Source: Camelus ferus (taxonomy: Eukaryota). Taken from it: 64,000 nucleotides of DNA. Each line of letters opens with the position of its first letter. Position 1 is the stretch's first letter. The notes beneath the pieces were generated by a model, which ran no database searches, was not told the origin of the DNA, and saw only the letters and a list, made by a program, of their open reading frames with translations. Of this stretch, positions 37,801 to 50,500 are shown piece by piece. The position numbers and the translations under genes were made by a program. The DNA is taken from NCBI RefSeq assembly GCF_009834535.1, contig NC_045696.1:89592001-89656000 (forward strand), written 5' to 3'.

Positions 37801-38969
37801 TTGTGGGAGAGAAGGGACTAGTTCTGCCTTGATCCTTTAGCACTGGCCTCAGAGGTCTTGCTGGGATCAAAATTAATTACTCAGAAAAGGTTTGTTGTTA
37901 CTGGAAACAACATGAAGGTAAAATGACCCCACTGAAAGAAAAATAATTTTAAAATTGGCTCTGGTTTAGAGATGCCGTGAGTCCTGCGGTTGCACACGTT
38001 GTATCCTAATCTGGGCTCCAGTAGTGTACTTGGGCAATTTACTAAAGTTCTCTAAATCTCACTTTCTCCTTCTGTAAAATAAAAAAAAAAAAATAGAGAC
38101 AATAATAATGATATCTGCATCATGGGACTGTGATGAAAATTTAAAGAGATAATGGGGGGAGACACTCAAAGCAAACATCCACGTCCATGGGTGACAGCAA
38201 GAGAGAAGTCCTATCCCATTCTGGGAGCTCTGAGGAATGTGAGATTGGAGATGTGGTCAGCTGGTCTCACAGGGACTTGGTCCCTTCTACCTCAGTCATT
38301 AAGGGATGTTCATGGGTAATTTTGACTCTATTTAAACTTTCAACTTACGTACTATCTTTAGAACCTAAACTCCCTCTTTGAAGATATGATCCCACTGTAA
38401 GAGCTCAATAAATGGTGGTTATCATTATTAAAGATTGCCCAGTGTCAAGTGTCCAGGAATTTGTGATGAGTGAAGATGCTACCTGAACTTCAAGAAATAG
38501 CAGCCTGTTAGACCAAAGGGAGTGTGGCTACTTTCTTTCTTTTATTCATAAGCAAAATATGAAAGTTTTATTTTTCTTCATAGATGCTTATTTGTGTACC
38601 TCCATCTCCCATCATTTCCCCCCTTCTTGTTCACTCCCGCCCTCCAAATAATTGCTTCGTAAACTCAACTTCTAAGATCTTGCTACTTTGGACCCACTTC
38701 TCTGACTGTTTACTTGATGATTTAGTTTGTGCTAAATGGAAGTTTACCTCATGCTGTCTATGCAAAAAGAACCATTCTGTTAAGAGTCACGGAAACATGG
38801 TTGCCAAGGGTGTGGGAAATCTAGTACCAGCCACTAGAAGACAGACGATGTTAACTACAGACCAGGGTTACCAAGGCCTGAACTGGAAGACAGTTGGTTA
38901 TCAATGAATTGCCTCTCAGAATAAAGCCTTTCCTACGATTAGCATGTTACAGACGACAAACTGTTAGTC

Positions 38970-39340
38970 TAAACCAGCGATTCTCAACCCTGGCCCCATG
39001 TTGGAATTGCCTGGTGAGTTTTCAGAAAACACCAGTGCCAGAGCCTGACCCCCAGGTTTAGTTGGCTTGGGGCGGGGATCAGACGTCTGCATTTAAAGCT
39101 TCCCAGCTGATTCTGACGTGCAGGCTCAGCCCTTCAGCATGGTCTGACCCCTGGTTTTCAGAACATTATAATCAAAGCACTAACGTCACTGGATGGCTTG
39201 TTAAAACACAGGTTTCGGGGTTCCACCATCGGAGGTTTTGATTCAGCAGATCTGAGATGGAGCAGAGAACGTGAATTTTTAACAAGTTCCCAGGCGATGC
39301 TGATGATGCGGGTTCCAGGCCACGCTTTGAGGACCACATG
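38970..39340. mobile_element. Two adjacent MER5-type MITEs
   Basis: cagcgattctcaaccctggc...tgattctgacgtgcag and gcttgttaaaacacag...ttttaacaagttcccaggcgatgctgatg...ctttgaggaccac. Confidence 0.8.
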
Positions 39341-39386
39341 TACACACAGTTGCTGGCCATCTACAGTCAGGTGTCCTCAACAGCCC

Positions 39387-39915
39387 TGCATTAGTAAGGG
39401 TTCTCTAGAGAAATAGAACTGATAGAATGGATGGATGGATGGATAGATAGACAGACAGATAAAAGAGGAGAGGGCTTGGCTCACGTGATTGTGGAGGTGG
39501 AGAAGTCCCACACCTGCCCTCTGCAGGCAGGAGAACCAGGAAAGCGGGTGTATAATTCAGTCCAAGACCAAAGGCCTGAGAATAAGGTGCTGCTAGTGTT
39601 AAGTTCCCAAATCCTCAGGCCTGAGAACTAGGAGCTCTGTTTCCAAAAGCAGGAGAAGATAAACATCCCAGCTCAACAACAGGGAGAGAGAATTCACCCG
39701 TCCCTCCTTGGCCTTTTCCTTCTACTGGGGATGTCAACAGACTGGATGCCACCCACTCAGTGCCGAGGGCACTGTGGTCTCTTCCCTCAGTCTACTGCAT
39801 CAACGCTGATCTCTTCCAGGAACACCCTTGCAGACATACCCAGAAATAACCTTGTACCAGGGTACCTGGGCATCACTTAGGCCACTCAAGTTAACACATA
39901 AAATTAACCATCACA
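39387..39915 (-). mobile_element. ERVL solo LTR (MLT2B-like)
   Basis: tgcattagtaagggttctctagagaaa...caagttaacacataaaattaaccatcaca; internal GGAT/GATA repeat; 5-bp TSD agccc/agcct. Confidence 0.9.
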
Positions 39916-41059
39916 AGCCTTATTTTTGCCTCTCGCCGTTTTTACACTCTCTTTTACCCATCCACAACTCTTTATGCTTCTCTAATGAATACACGTGCTC
40001 CCTCTACCCTACAGGTCTCTGAACGCACTCTTCCTTTTGCCTGCAACACCTTCCCTGCCACAAAACACACTTCACTGAGAAAAGGCTGTAATTCAGTTTT
40101 CACTAATTGACATTAGGTTTCCTCCAGCAAACGTAAGTTGCAGAACGTGTGCTGAATTTTTCATGTTAATATATACGCTTTTACAGCACGTAGTTTCTCA
40201 TTAAATAAGGTTCTATTTCCTACATTGAAGTGAATACAAAAATAAACTATGGCTGTATTTTTTTCTTCCAAAACTTGGGATGTACTGTTTACAACCTGTC
40301 TTTGTAAGCCTTTTTTAAAATCCATAATTCGTAAGGAACAAGTAAGGAAATAGAACTGCTATATTATTAATGGTAGAATCACAGATGTGACATGGAGTGA
40401 GTATATATGGGTATAAGGAAATATAAAATGGACTCTGGGCCTCTCCACCCTCCACCCACACTAGCCAGAGACTCATTTCTCTTGTGGTGACTTTGCCCCC
40501 GGGGAAAGGGCGCTGTGCTGAGTAGAGAGGAGATGGATGAAATGCCTCTCTCCTGCAGTTTCCTGAGCAAGGTTTCCTGGTCAGTTAATGCCTTATGACC
40601 CCTTCTTGGCACCCAGTGCTTCCATTAAATCCCATCAGAAGGACCAAGTAAAACAAGAGAGGCAAATAAACCTCACATGATGGAATAGGAGATACTTCCC
40701 AATTTAAACTTTGTTTTTTCACAGAGTGAGTAATTTTAAAAGTAACAGGAACTCTTATAAGGTTTGTCAAAATTGAGGCCTAAAGCAATTACTTTTGTAC
40801 CTTATAGCCCACTCGACCTTGTTGAAATGAATAATTTTGATGTGCTTTTGTGAGCAAGAAATTGCTGGAAAAATATTATTAAAGCATTCTATCTATTACC
40901 TCTCTCTCTCATCTATCATATATATCCCTCCTGCTAAAATGAAACTGGCTTTAATTTTCCTGTCCCAGGGTTTGTCCATCTAGAAACAATCTGAAGTGGA
41001 AATTAATATCTGAAAGACTATCCAGATGTTCAAAATTGCTGGTATTTATAGTAGTTATT

Positions 41060-41320
41060 AAAGTGTCAGTCATCGTTCTAAGTGATATGTGTGCACGTGT
41101 ATCATATGTACACCTGTATTACCTTGTTTAAGCTTCAAAAAAAACCCCTGTGAAATAGGTCCTGTTATTATGCTATTAATATGCCCATTTCACACATGAG
41201 GAAATTGAGGTACAGGAAGTGAAGCCACACACCCAAGGTCAAGGAGCTAATAAATGGCAGAGCTGAGACGTGAACTCTGACAGCCCATCTCTAGAATCTA
41301 TGTGCTGAACTACTACCATG
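41060..41320 (-). mobile_element. MIR SINE
   Basis: cccatttcacacatgaggaaattgaggtacag...cccaaggtcaaggagctaataaatggcagagctg. Confidence 0.85.
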
Positions 41321-41844
41321 AAAAACTGCTTCTTTGGTTATCTCAATCTGTTTAAGCAAATGGTCATTTAATGAAAAGAGAAATAGTAGAATCACCTGGA
41401 CAACAGAATTTTCACTTTTCATGGACTTGTGCGCTATTATCTAGACCAGCATCGGCTGGTCTCCTTTCCACATTCAGCTACAAACACACTGGAGCCGTGC
41501 TGTGTTTCTTGGCTAGAAAGGTTATAACAGCTTCTCAGATAAGACATTCCTGGGATCTACTGGAAGCTGGGGACTGGGAGTGGGATTTCTTTGTCCTTGT
41601 GATGTTCTTGGTCAGAAAGACCCTAGTTGACATGTGCAAGCTAGGATCTAATCCAGAGAGATGGCCTCTCTCGGTGTGTGTGTAAATTAACACCCTTGAA
41701 ATTATTCACTTAAATTTAACTCAACTGGATCTGTGGTAGGATTTGATGATAATAATAATAAAAGCTCAACTTGAAATCAGAAGCTCTGAGCTCAAGTCTT
41801 AGTCATCATTCCAAGGAGACATGTGACAGCTCATCTCATCTCTC

Positions 41845-42045
41845 ATAATCATATGTATATGACTTATCAAAAATATACACACATATATTGTATATATACA
41901 CATATGCACATATACTATATATTATATAGATTATATATTATGTATTATATGTATAAACACATATCAAATCATGTGGTTTACCAATAATGTATACATATAT
42001 GTATATGTGTATATATGCATATATTATATGTATATATGTTATAAA
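41845..42045. repeat. AT-rich (TA/CA/TG) low-complexity tract
   Basis: Direct reading; flanked by MIR-like sequence. Confidence 0.85.
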
Positions 42046-42639
42046 TCAGGATCATAATGTTTCTTTTACAGGATTTTGCAATATGACTGATACTTCCTAG
42101 TATAGTCTTGGCACATAGTAAGTGCTTAATTAAAAAATCTGAAAATACTGTTTGATTATAAGCACAGTCTATTTTTAAACAATGTATAAGTTGTCTAACA
42201 AAATTTATTCTTATAATTTACACATAACTGGGCATGAGCATGAAAAATATGTATGTCAGTTCTTAATACATGGAGAGATAACTATACAGAAAGTGCCCCT
42301 AAAATGCATTAAAATGATTATATAAATTATGTGGTTATAAACAAGGAAATAAAATAGGAAATTCAGCTTTCATGTAGTTTAATCTATACAGAAAGGTGTT
42401 CTGACTCTTGAAATCTGAAATCTCAGATGGCTTTTTGATGAAAAATAGTTGCCCCCTCTCTGTATACCCAGAGCCCCTGACTCCCGCTTGTCCTAGCTCA
42501 GCAGATGGCAACCACGGTCTGGGCTTCCTTGCTTCTCTCATCCACAGGGCTGACGGCTCTGTGAAGTGAGGGCTTCTGGCTTTCATTTCGCATCCACAGC
42601 ACTCTGCACAGTGCCTAACATTAGTACACACTCACTGTA

Positions 42640-42724
42640 TGAATGGACAGATGGGTGAATGGGTGGGTGGGTGGATGGATGGGAAGATGAGTGGATGGGT
42701 GGGTGAGTGGATAGATGGATGGAT
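42640..42724. repeat. Degenerate (GGAT/GGGT)n repeat at an L2 tail
   Basis: Direct reading. Confidence 0.85.
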
Positions 42725-44399
42725 TTCCCTTTTCCCAGCTGCAGCCTGCTGCCTGATTTTGTGGGCTGATTTCTCTACTATTCCCTTTGTTCAGATCTCT
42801 TTGGGCCAATTTCTAAAAGATAACTTGCAGGGGATAATTTATGGATTGACTCAAGTGCCTATTGATTTATCTTCTCTACTGAACCTCGTAAAGAAAACTG
42901 TAAATTCATGATCTTCCTGAAGTTCAGTATTGCCCTAATCACTTAAATCCTCATTCTTCATTAATCTGAGCCTGGAGCATACTCACAGAGTTTTCTTTCA
43001 AAATATTTTTTTCCTGCACTGTCAAAATATACTTATTATTGTGTGCGTGTATATGCTATATGTGTATGTGCATACATGTGTGCACGTGTGTACGGGTATG
43101 TATAGATATGGACATATATGGATATAAACAGATAAAAAAGAAATGCAACCTTATACATATTAAGTCATGACAATCTATGCACAGCTGAAATAGACTGCTC
43201 TTCTTCAGGATACTACAGCTGTTTTCAAAAGTAGTTTAAAGCAAAAAGACAATGGAGAAAAGATACTAAAGCAAAAAGGTAGTCGTGTTGGCTTTTATTC
43301 CTGGCTTCCTCCCAAGTCATCATCTGTACTCAGAGTTCCCTTTCAGAGCATTTCATAGCCGATTCCATCTTCATTTGTGTGGTGGAGATAAGGAGGGAGT
43401 ACACTAAACCAGCTGCCCTCAGTGCTGTTTCCTGCTTTCCTTTCTTCTCAGTGACCGTTCCTTCAAGATTTGGAGATTTGAGTTCAAAAATAGACTTTAA
43501 TTCACTGGGCATCAAACATTCAGTCTTAACTCTCCCCAGCAGCTGCTGGAGTCAGAAGAACGAAATGTGGTGTCAAAAGATTTCAATATAATCCCCTCAA
43601 AATGACTAGATGGTGTTCTACGTTGCCTGAACTTGCATTAACCCTCCAAATGCAAGGTGATCGCTGGACAACACAATATATAATTCCATCTTTCCAGGAG
43701 CCCCCCTCCCCTGCTTTTCATGTGTCAACCTTTTGCAAGAAGGAAAAAAAAAATCTGGTGTCTTATTTGAATTATTCATGCCACTTTCCATTCTGCCAAT
43801 TCCAGCACACATTTGAAATCATTAATATGTCATGACTTTCCTTCATCTAGCCTTCTCAGATTTTTTTAAATCATGAAGCACCACAAAAAGGCATTATGAT
43901 TCATTAACAAGATATTATTTTTTATATTTTTAGTTCACCATTTTCAGTCTTAGCACAATTTTAGAAGTAGTGAATGTTCAGTGACTTAGGCCCTGAAAAC
44001 TGTACCTGTTTATGGGGCTGTTGTGAACAATCCTACTAGGAACATGATGACACTGAAAGGAAGCCACGTGGTGTGACAGTGCTGGGAGCAGTGCCACGTG
44101 GGTAAATATCTCACCCCCTTGCTACTGTCTCAAAAAGATGCACCATTTGGATATGCTGAGAACCCAGTCTCATCCCAAGGATCCTTTCGCTTGTTCATCA
44201 GCAATCTCCCTCCTCTGCTGAGCTTCCAGGTGCCCATTCTGGGCCAGGTCTAGCGCTGGCACAAAACAGAGGGCGGGCATGGGCTGTGTTCTCATGGGGC
44301 TCTTTACTCTGATCAACTGGATCACTGCAGCATAAGTGATCCAGTCACCTAAGGGATTCTAAACCAAGCCCAAAGACACGAGATAGCAGGAAATGCCAT

Positions 44400-44800
44400 C
44401 TAGGAATGACAAGGTATTTGGCTTGTGCAACCAAAATGGAATTTTTAGTGAGTTGGAGACGATTATAGGAAGAACAAATTTGTAGGGGAAAGACTAGAAA
44501 TTTGGTTTTGGGTTTGCTTGATATGCCAGGTAAACATCCAGTAGGGGTGTTGATTAAGCAGTTGGACACATGAATCTGGGGTTTGGGTGGGATGTCTGAT
44601 GGGCTAAAGATGCTTGTTTAAAAGCAGTCAGCATATGGATGAGTTTAAGGCCATGAGACTGGATCAGATCCCTGAGGGAGAAAGTGTGGACAGGGAAGAA
44701 CAGAGGCTCAAGGACTAACTGGGGGCAGGCCAAATTATAAACATCGGGGAGATGGGAAGAAGCCAGCAGGACCATTAGGAGTGGGGTGTTCTGAAAGCAA
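44400..44800 (-). mobile_element. L2 ORF2 relic
   Basis: agtcagcatatggatgagtttaaggccatgagactggatcagatc; minus-strand translation DLIQSHGLKLIHMLT resembles the degenerate L2 RT YADD region. Confidence 0.8.
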
Positions 44801-45839
44801 GTAAACTCAGGTCATCATTCCTTCCTTTAATCTATCTCTGGCATTCTCAAAGTTTAATATACATAAGAGTATCTAAACAGAATATATAATATTATGTATA
44901 CCATACTTGATTTGCAATTTAAAGGATTTTTTTAAACAGTTATTTCTAATGTCTGCCATTGTCCACCTTTCTTGTTGACTTGAGAATATAATCCCTGGTC
45001 CTCAGGCTTTGATTTGGAGTGACTCCACAATATTTCATCTGGACATCATCATCATGGAAAGGAGACTGTGAAACAGCCAGGTATCATGTTTTCTCTCTGA
45101 ATCAGAACTTCAGTATTAGGAACTGCAGAGTTTTATGAAACAATTCACATACCTCCCCTTATGACATAAGCACTCCTGTTCAAATTCTCGCCACACTGAT
45201 AGGCAATTTACTCCCTCTTCTAGGTAACTAACTGTGGGAGGAAGTGGGCCAGGCTTGGAAAATTTGCCAGACTGCTGGCATTAGCTCAGAAGCCACTGGT
45301 TCTGATAGGACAATGCTAGAAATGCAGCATGGCTTTTAATGCGACTTCCTGGTTCCACATGCCTGTTCTGGGTTCCAGCTTCTATCTCCTGGAGAACAAA
45401 CCCATCACCATAGTAACTGCATCCATATAACATGCCTCCAAGTGTCCCTGAATCCTTTCAGTTGCTTCTTTCCCATTGATAACTCTTATTAATTTAAAAT
45501 CAGGTCTCACAATTAGCTTGTCTTCAGAAGGCTTTTTTTAAAGTTTAGAATGGGTTATTTTGCAGCAAAAAATAACCCATTCACCATCCAATCTATAATA
45601 AGCCGTCTCAGGAGGCCAATACCTCTTTTAATCCCCACTGTTGCATTTATGACTGAAAGGTTCAGGACCCTCAGCACTGTTTCCTGAAGAGTTAAGTGAC
45701 ATTCAGGCAGCAGGAAACTTCGGCCAATAAAATCAAAATCTAAACTGGTTGCCTTTTATTATCACTTAAATTATTCTCTCCACTTGACATGGATTTATTG
45801 GTCAGCTTAGACTCTGAGACAGATTTGGTTGTAGTCACA

Positions 45840-46130
45840 CGGAGCGTGACTAACAGCCTTAACTACACGCCTGTAAACGGGGCGTGATGTACGTGTACAT
45901 TATCACCATCTAATAATATCTGGGGGCTAATTATATAAAGGCTAAAGTAAGGGAACGCCACGGCGGCTGCCACGCGCAGGCCCGGGGAGAGCCGCCCACG
46001 CGCTTCGCGGCTGACCCGCGCCGCCGGGAGCGCTGCGGTAACGGCGGAGGGCACCGCCCCGTCTTGCTCCCGTTACCAGCCCCATCTTCGTTTGAGGATG
46101 GTCATGTGGACCTCTTTCTTCGTGATTCCT
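45840..46130. promoter_or_regulatory. Small CpG-rich patch with upstream TATA-like box (candidate promoter/enhancer)
   Basis: More than 20 CpGs in ~45950-46090 against a CpG-depleted background; tatataaa at 45932-45939; no repeat recognised. Confidence 0.45.
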
Positions 46131-46429
46131 AATCTCCTCAAAGTCTGTATCAGCCAAAATCATTGATGTGATGTTTCTGGCCCTTTTAAATATGTGTAGG
46201 TTTCTGTGTAATGCAGGAGGAACCCATTGTTTCTAGTGGTTTATCTAAGGTGTACGTTCGAGATTGGCAGTGTGCTCAGGGAAGGACCCCTCCCCCGCAC
46301 AGGCTGTGAACAGGCTAGGGGAGGCCACGTGGCTCCAAGGTCCCCAGATGCCACTGAAAGGGGGCAGGTGAACCTGTGGGCTGCTTGGAGAGGAGGCAGC
46401 TCCGGAGGCAGGAGACCTGGCTGGGACTC

Positions 46430-46745
46430 TTGACCCTGACACTCTGGAGCTGTGGGACTGGGCAGCTCACAACCTCTCCCAGCTGCAGTGCCTTCACCTG
46501 CAAAGTGGACACATTACCTTATAGTTGACACTTGAACGAGCAAATGAAATAGTTTTATGCCAGATGTTTTATAGCCGATTTTCATAAAACCTAGAAGATA
46601 GATATATTATCGTTCCCATTTTATGGAGGAGGAAGGTCAGGTTCAGGGAACTGAAATCAAGTGATTTCACTTCATACAGTAAGTAAGTGACAGAGGCAGG
46701 ATTTGAACCCGGAACCCATCCTCTTAACGACTACACTGCACTGCC
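46430..46745. mobile_element. Two MIR fragments, opposite orientations
   Basis: actgggcagctcacaacctctcc...ttcacctgcaaagtgg then cccattttatggaggaggaa...gacagaggcaggatttgaaccc. Confidence 0.75.
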
Positions 46746-47703
46746 CTGAACAGGGAACTCTACGTGTTTGGCAGCACAGTCTTCCTGTTTTATGAAAGGG
46801 AGGCAGTTAGCAGGCACTGAAGTGACATAAAGGGCAGGGGGACATGGCTGGGCCCACCACTTCCAGTCAGCAGTGCTGCCACTGGTGACGAATCAATGTG
46901 TCACTTTGAATACGTGCAGATTGTCTTTGTATGATTTGTAAGGAATCTGTTACTTAAAGTCATAGACCATGTTGTAAAGTAGCTTCCTTTTTCGAGGGGA
47001 TAGTAACTGAAATGGAAATGTCCTGTACCTCCATCCATGCCCACACTCCAACCCACGCGGGCCCTTACTTCTTCCCCTTACCTCCCTGAAACTCACCTGC
47101 ACACAACCCCACCTTCCACCTGCTCCCCGTGCCCCACCATGCAGACCCATATCCTCAGATTATGGGCACACAGACATACAGACATGTGCAGCCAGAGAGG
47201 AAGGAAGCAGAGGCACAACTGATCATCTGAGTAGGTAGGGGTTTATAGACAGTACATTGTGGACCACAAACTATTAGAATTGAAAGAGACTTTAGAGATA
47301 ATCTGGGCCAACCACCCAATTTTGTAGATGAGGAAACTGAGGTCCAAGGTGACCCAGCTGTTCAGTGAGTCTGCAGAGCCAAATGACCAATGAAAATTGT
47401 GTGCCGAATCCGAGGGAGCAGGGAGAGTGGACCGGCGAACAGGAGAGGGTGAGCCAGACTGTGCTGGGGGGTAGCGTGGTGCCAGACAGTCAAAGGGGGC
47501 TCACTGTTCACTCACGTTAACATTCCCTAACTCAGAAGGTACTTTGGTAGCTGGAATGGGGAGTTTCTCTGACATCTTTATGTGATTTGTATGTGACTAT
47601 CTTTCTAATTATTTATGTTATATTAGCACTTTAAGGAATACAATTCTATAATTTAAGAAAGATAAAAACAGAAAATAGTGACTGACACACTTAAAAACAA
47701 TTT

Positions 47704-47949
47704 CCCAATTTACCCCTGCCCCCAGTTCCCCTTTGGTAACCATAAGTTTGTTTTCTATGTCTGTGAGTCTGTTTCTGTTTTATAAATATGTTCAATTGTG
47801 TCATTTTTTTTTTAGATTCCACATATAACCGATATACGATATTTATCTTTCTCTGTCTGACTTACTTCACTTAGTATGATGATCTCCAGGTCCATCCATG
47901 TTGCTGCAAATGGCATTATTTCATTCTTTTTTGTGGCCGAGTAGTATTC

Positions 47950-47983
<34 letters not shown>

Positions 47984-48355
47984 ACCACAACTTCTTTATC
48001 CAGTCATCTGTCAATGGACATTTAGGTTGTTTCCATGCCTTGGGCATTGCAAATAGTGCTGGTGTGAAACTGGGGTGCATGTATCTTTTTAAATTAGAGT
48101 TCTCTCTAGATATATGCCGAGGAATTTGGGGATTAGCAGATACAAACTACTACATATAAAATAGATGAACAACAAGTTCCTACTGTATAGCACAGGGAAC
48201 TATATTCAATAACGTGTAATCATCTATAGTGAGAAATATGAAAAAGAATATATATATGTATGTATGTATGACTGAATCACTATGCTGTACACCCGAACCT
48301 AATACAACATTGTAAATCAACTATATTTGAATAAAAACAAAACAAAACAAAAAAA
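47704..48355 (+). mobile_element. Young L1 insertion with 5' inversion
   Basis: Antisense L1 ~47704-48125 joined to sense L1 3' end ~48121-48355 with an (AAAAC)n tail. Imperfect TSD aaaaacaatttcccaa / aaaaaccccatctcccaa. Confidence 0.88.
47953..47980. repeat. (TG)14 microsatellite within L1
   Basis: Direct reading. Confidence 0.97.
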
Positions 48356-49799
48356 CCCCATCTCCCAAGGACATATGATGGTATATTTTAGATGTATTTA
48401 GCAAAATCTGAAATTAGACTCTTAAATTGAACATTTGTGTAGAGGTAAGCACTAACGATTATTAGAAGCTAACCCTCAACAGTTAATTTTAAAGATCACC
48501 TCCCCCTTGTTTTTGCTGTGACTTCTGCGATGTCTCATCCTTTCACGTGGGCACCTCCCCCTCGCCCTTCAGGCTTCAGCTCAGATGACATTTCCTCTGG
48601 AAGGTCTCCTGGCCACTGTCTTCGCACACCCCTCCCCCCACCCCTGTGGTCGCTGTCCTTCATGTCGCCCCTTATGTTCTTCATGACACTTCTCAAAGGC
48701 TGCAGTGGGCCTGAATATGTGTCTGCTTCCATGCTTCTCCCCCATCAGGATGTAAGTGCTGCTGGGCCAAGGACCTCTCCTGGAAGACACCCAGGGCAGA
48801 CACGGAGCAGGTTTCAAAACCTGAAATTAATAGTCACTTTGTTGGTTTTATTTCCTTTTAAGTGTATGTACTTCTTAACAGGGATATCACTATATTAAAT
48901 GTATTAAAGAACACCTTTAACAGCCTCAGCTAAAAATAATAAATGCAAATAAAATTTTTCCTCCAATAATGCTCAATAAATTCCTTGAAGGTTCTAACAG
49001 ATCCTAATGAAGATGGTAGCCTGAATAATGAATAAACTGCTTCTATTAAGTGAATAAGGGACAACTTTACAAGGAAGCCACAAAACACGTTTTACCCAGT
49101 CTCTTATAATTAAATAGTGACAGGTATACTTTTCCTTTACTTATGGTAACATTTTGAGTAGTTTAACAATAAAGTGCTTTAGGCCTTCCAACTTACTTTA
49201 TGGTAGAGTTTTTAGTAAAATAAAAGTCTGCTTACCAAAAAGTTATAGAAAATAAGAAAAATTGCATCTAATGCCTTCATAATTATACAATTTGCCTTTT
49301 ACCTTGCAACTGCTTTTTACAGAGGTGCTAATGGAAATTGTTAAATCTTCGGTGCACTTATAGAAACAAAAATGCATTTTAACGTGGTTGAGGCAATAAC
49401 CAAACAAGTACGCTGTTACTGATAATGGTTGTGAAACTGCTTAGGACGTTGCACTCTTACTAATAGAAGTGATGGTCTTTGTTATAAAAGGCTTCCAGAA
49501 GTTTAGCTGTCTATATTATTCACCTGTGGGAGATTCAAATGTGTGCTGACATTTCTAAAGTCACCTGATACACTTTACTAAAAAATTCTTCCTATTGTTT
49601 TTTTTTTAAGTTTCAGTATTTTGAATTGCAAATTGAAGTAACACCTATTTGTTGCAATAGTTCAAACAAAAGCAAGGTATCTTTATAAAATTTATAGTCT
49701 TTACTTCTCCCTCTAATTCTATTTTTTGCATAAAAGATGCTAAATGTTTAGGTTATAAATTCCATATTTTCTCCTTTGGTTATATAAATACTATGTACA

Positions 49800-50020
49800 A
49801 TAATAACAGCAAATAATACTCTGGTAGTGCTTAGACTATGTTAGGTATTTTTTAAACGACTGGGCAAATATTATGCTACACATGTAACCCTATGAGAAAA
49901 ATACAAGTATTAGCCCCATTTTATAGATTAGGAAGCCGAGGTAGAGAGAGGTCAAGTCATTCACCAAAAGTCGCACTGTTAGTGTGTAGCAGACAAAATA
50001 TTCAAACTCAGATAGTCTTT
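49800..50020 (-). mobile_element. MIR SINE
   Basis: ccccattttatagattaggaagccgaggtagagagaggtcaagtcattc. Confidence 0.8.
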
Positions 50021-50306
50021 TTTTTTTTGAAGATATCAAATTTTACTTCCAGATAAGGGACATTCCAATTGTTTATGACAAAGAGGCCTTTATTCCAAAA
50101 CTAGTTGTCTGATCTTGTCCAAGTTATCTGACCTCTCCCATAATATGTTTCCCTAATACCATCAATTAGGAATTATCTTTACTCAGTAGTATTATTTTGT
50201 GGATTAAATTAAAATATAGAAATTGGCTGATACAGTAAGTGAAGCATAGTAGATTCAGAGAATATTAGTTCCCTTCTTTTCTGTGAACTTAACTGTCTAA
50301 AAAAAA

Positions 50307-50500
50307 TTTTTTTTTAATTGAAGTGTGGTCAGTTTACAATGTTGTGTCAATTTCTGGTGTACAATGTTTCAGCCATACATATATATATATACATATTCGT
50401 TTTCATTACAGGTTATTACAAGATGTTGAGTATAGTTCCCTGTGTTTCCCAAGTAGAAGCTTGTTGTTTATCTATTTTATATCTAGTAGTTAGTATCCCA
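50307..50500 (-). mobile_element. Young L1 3'-end fragment
   Basis: ttgaagtgtggtcagtttacaatgttgtgtcaatttctggtgtaca...tagttccctgtg. Confidence 0.9.

Noticed and set aside
38584..38907. 107-aa ORF preceded by an acceptor-like tttttcttcatag
   Set aside because: No recognisable homology and no convincing donor; compatible with chance.
43040..43130. Alternating purine-pyrimidine tract as a Z-DNA element
   Set aside because: Degenerate AT-rich low-complexity sequence common in mammalian DNA.
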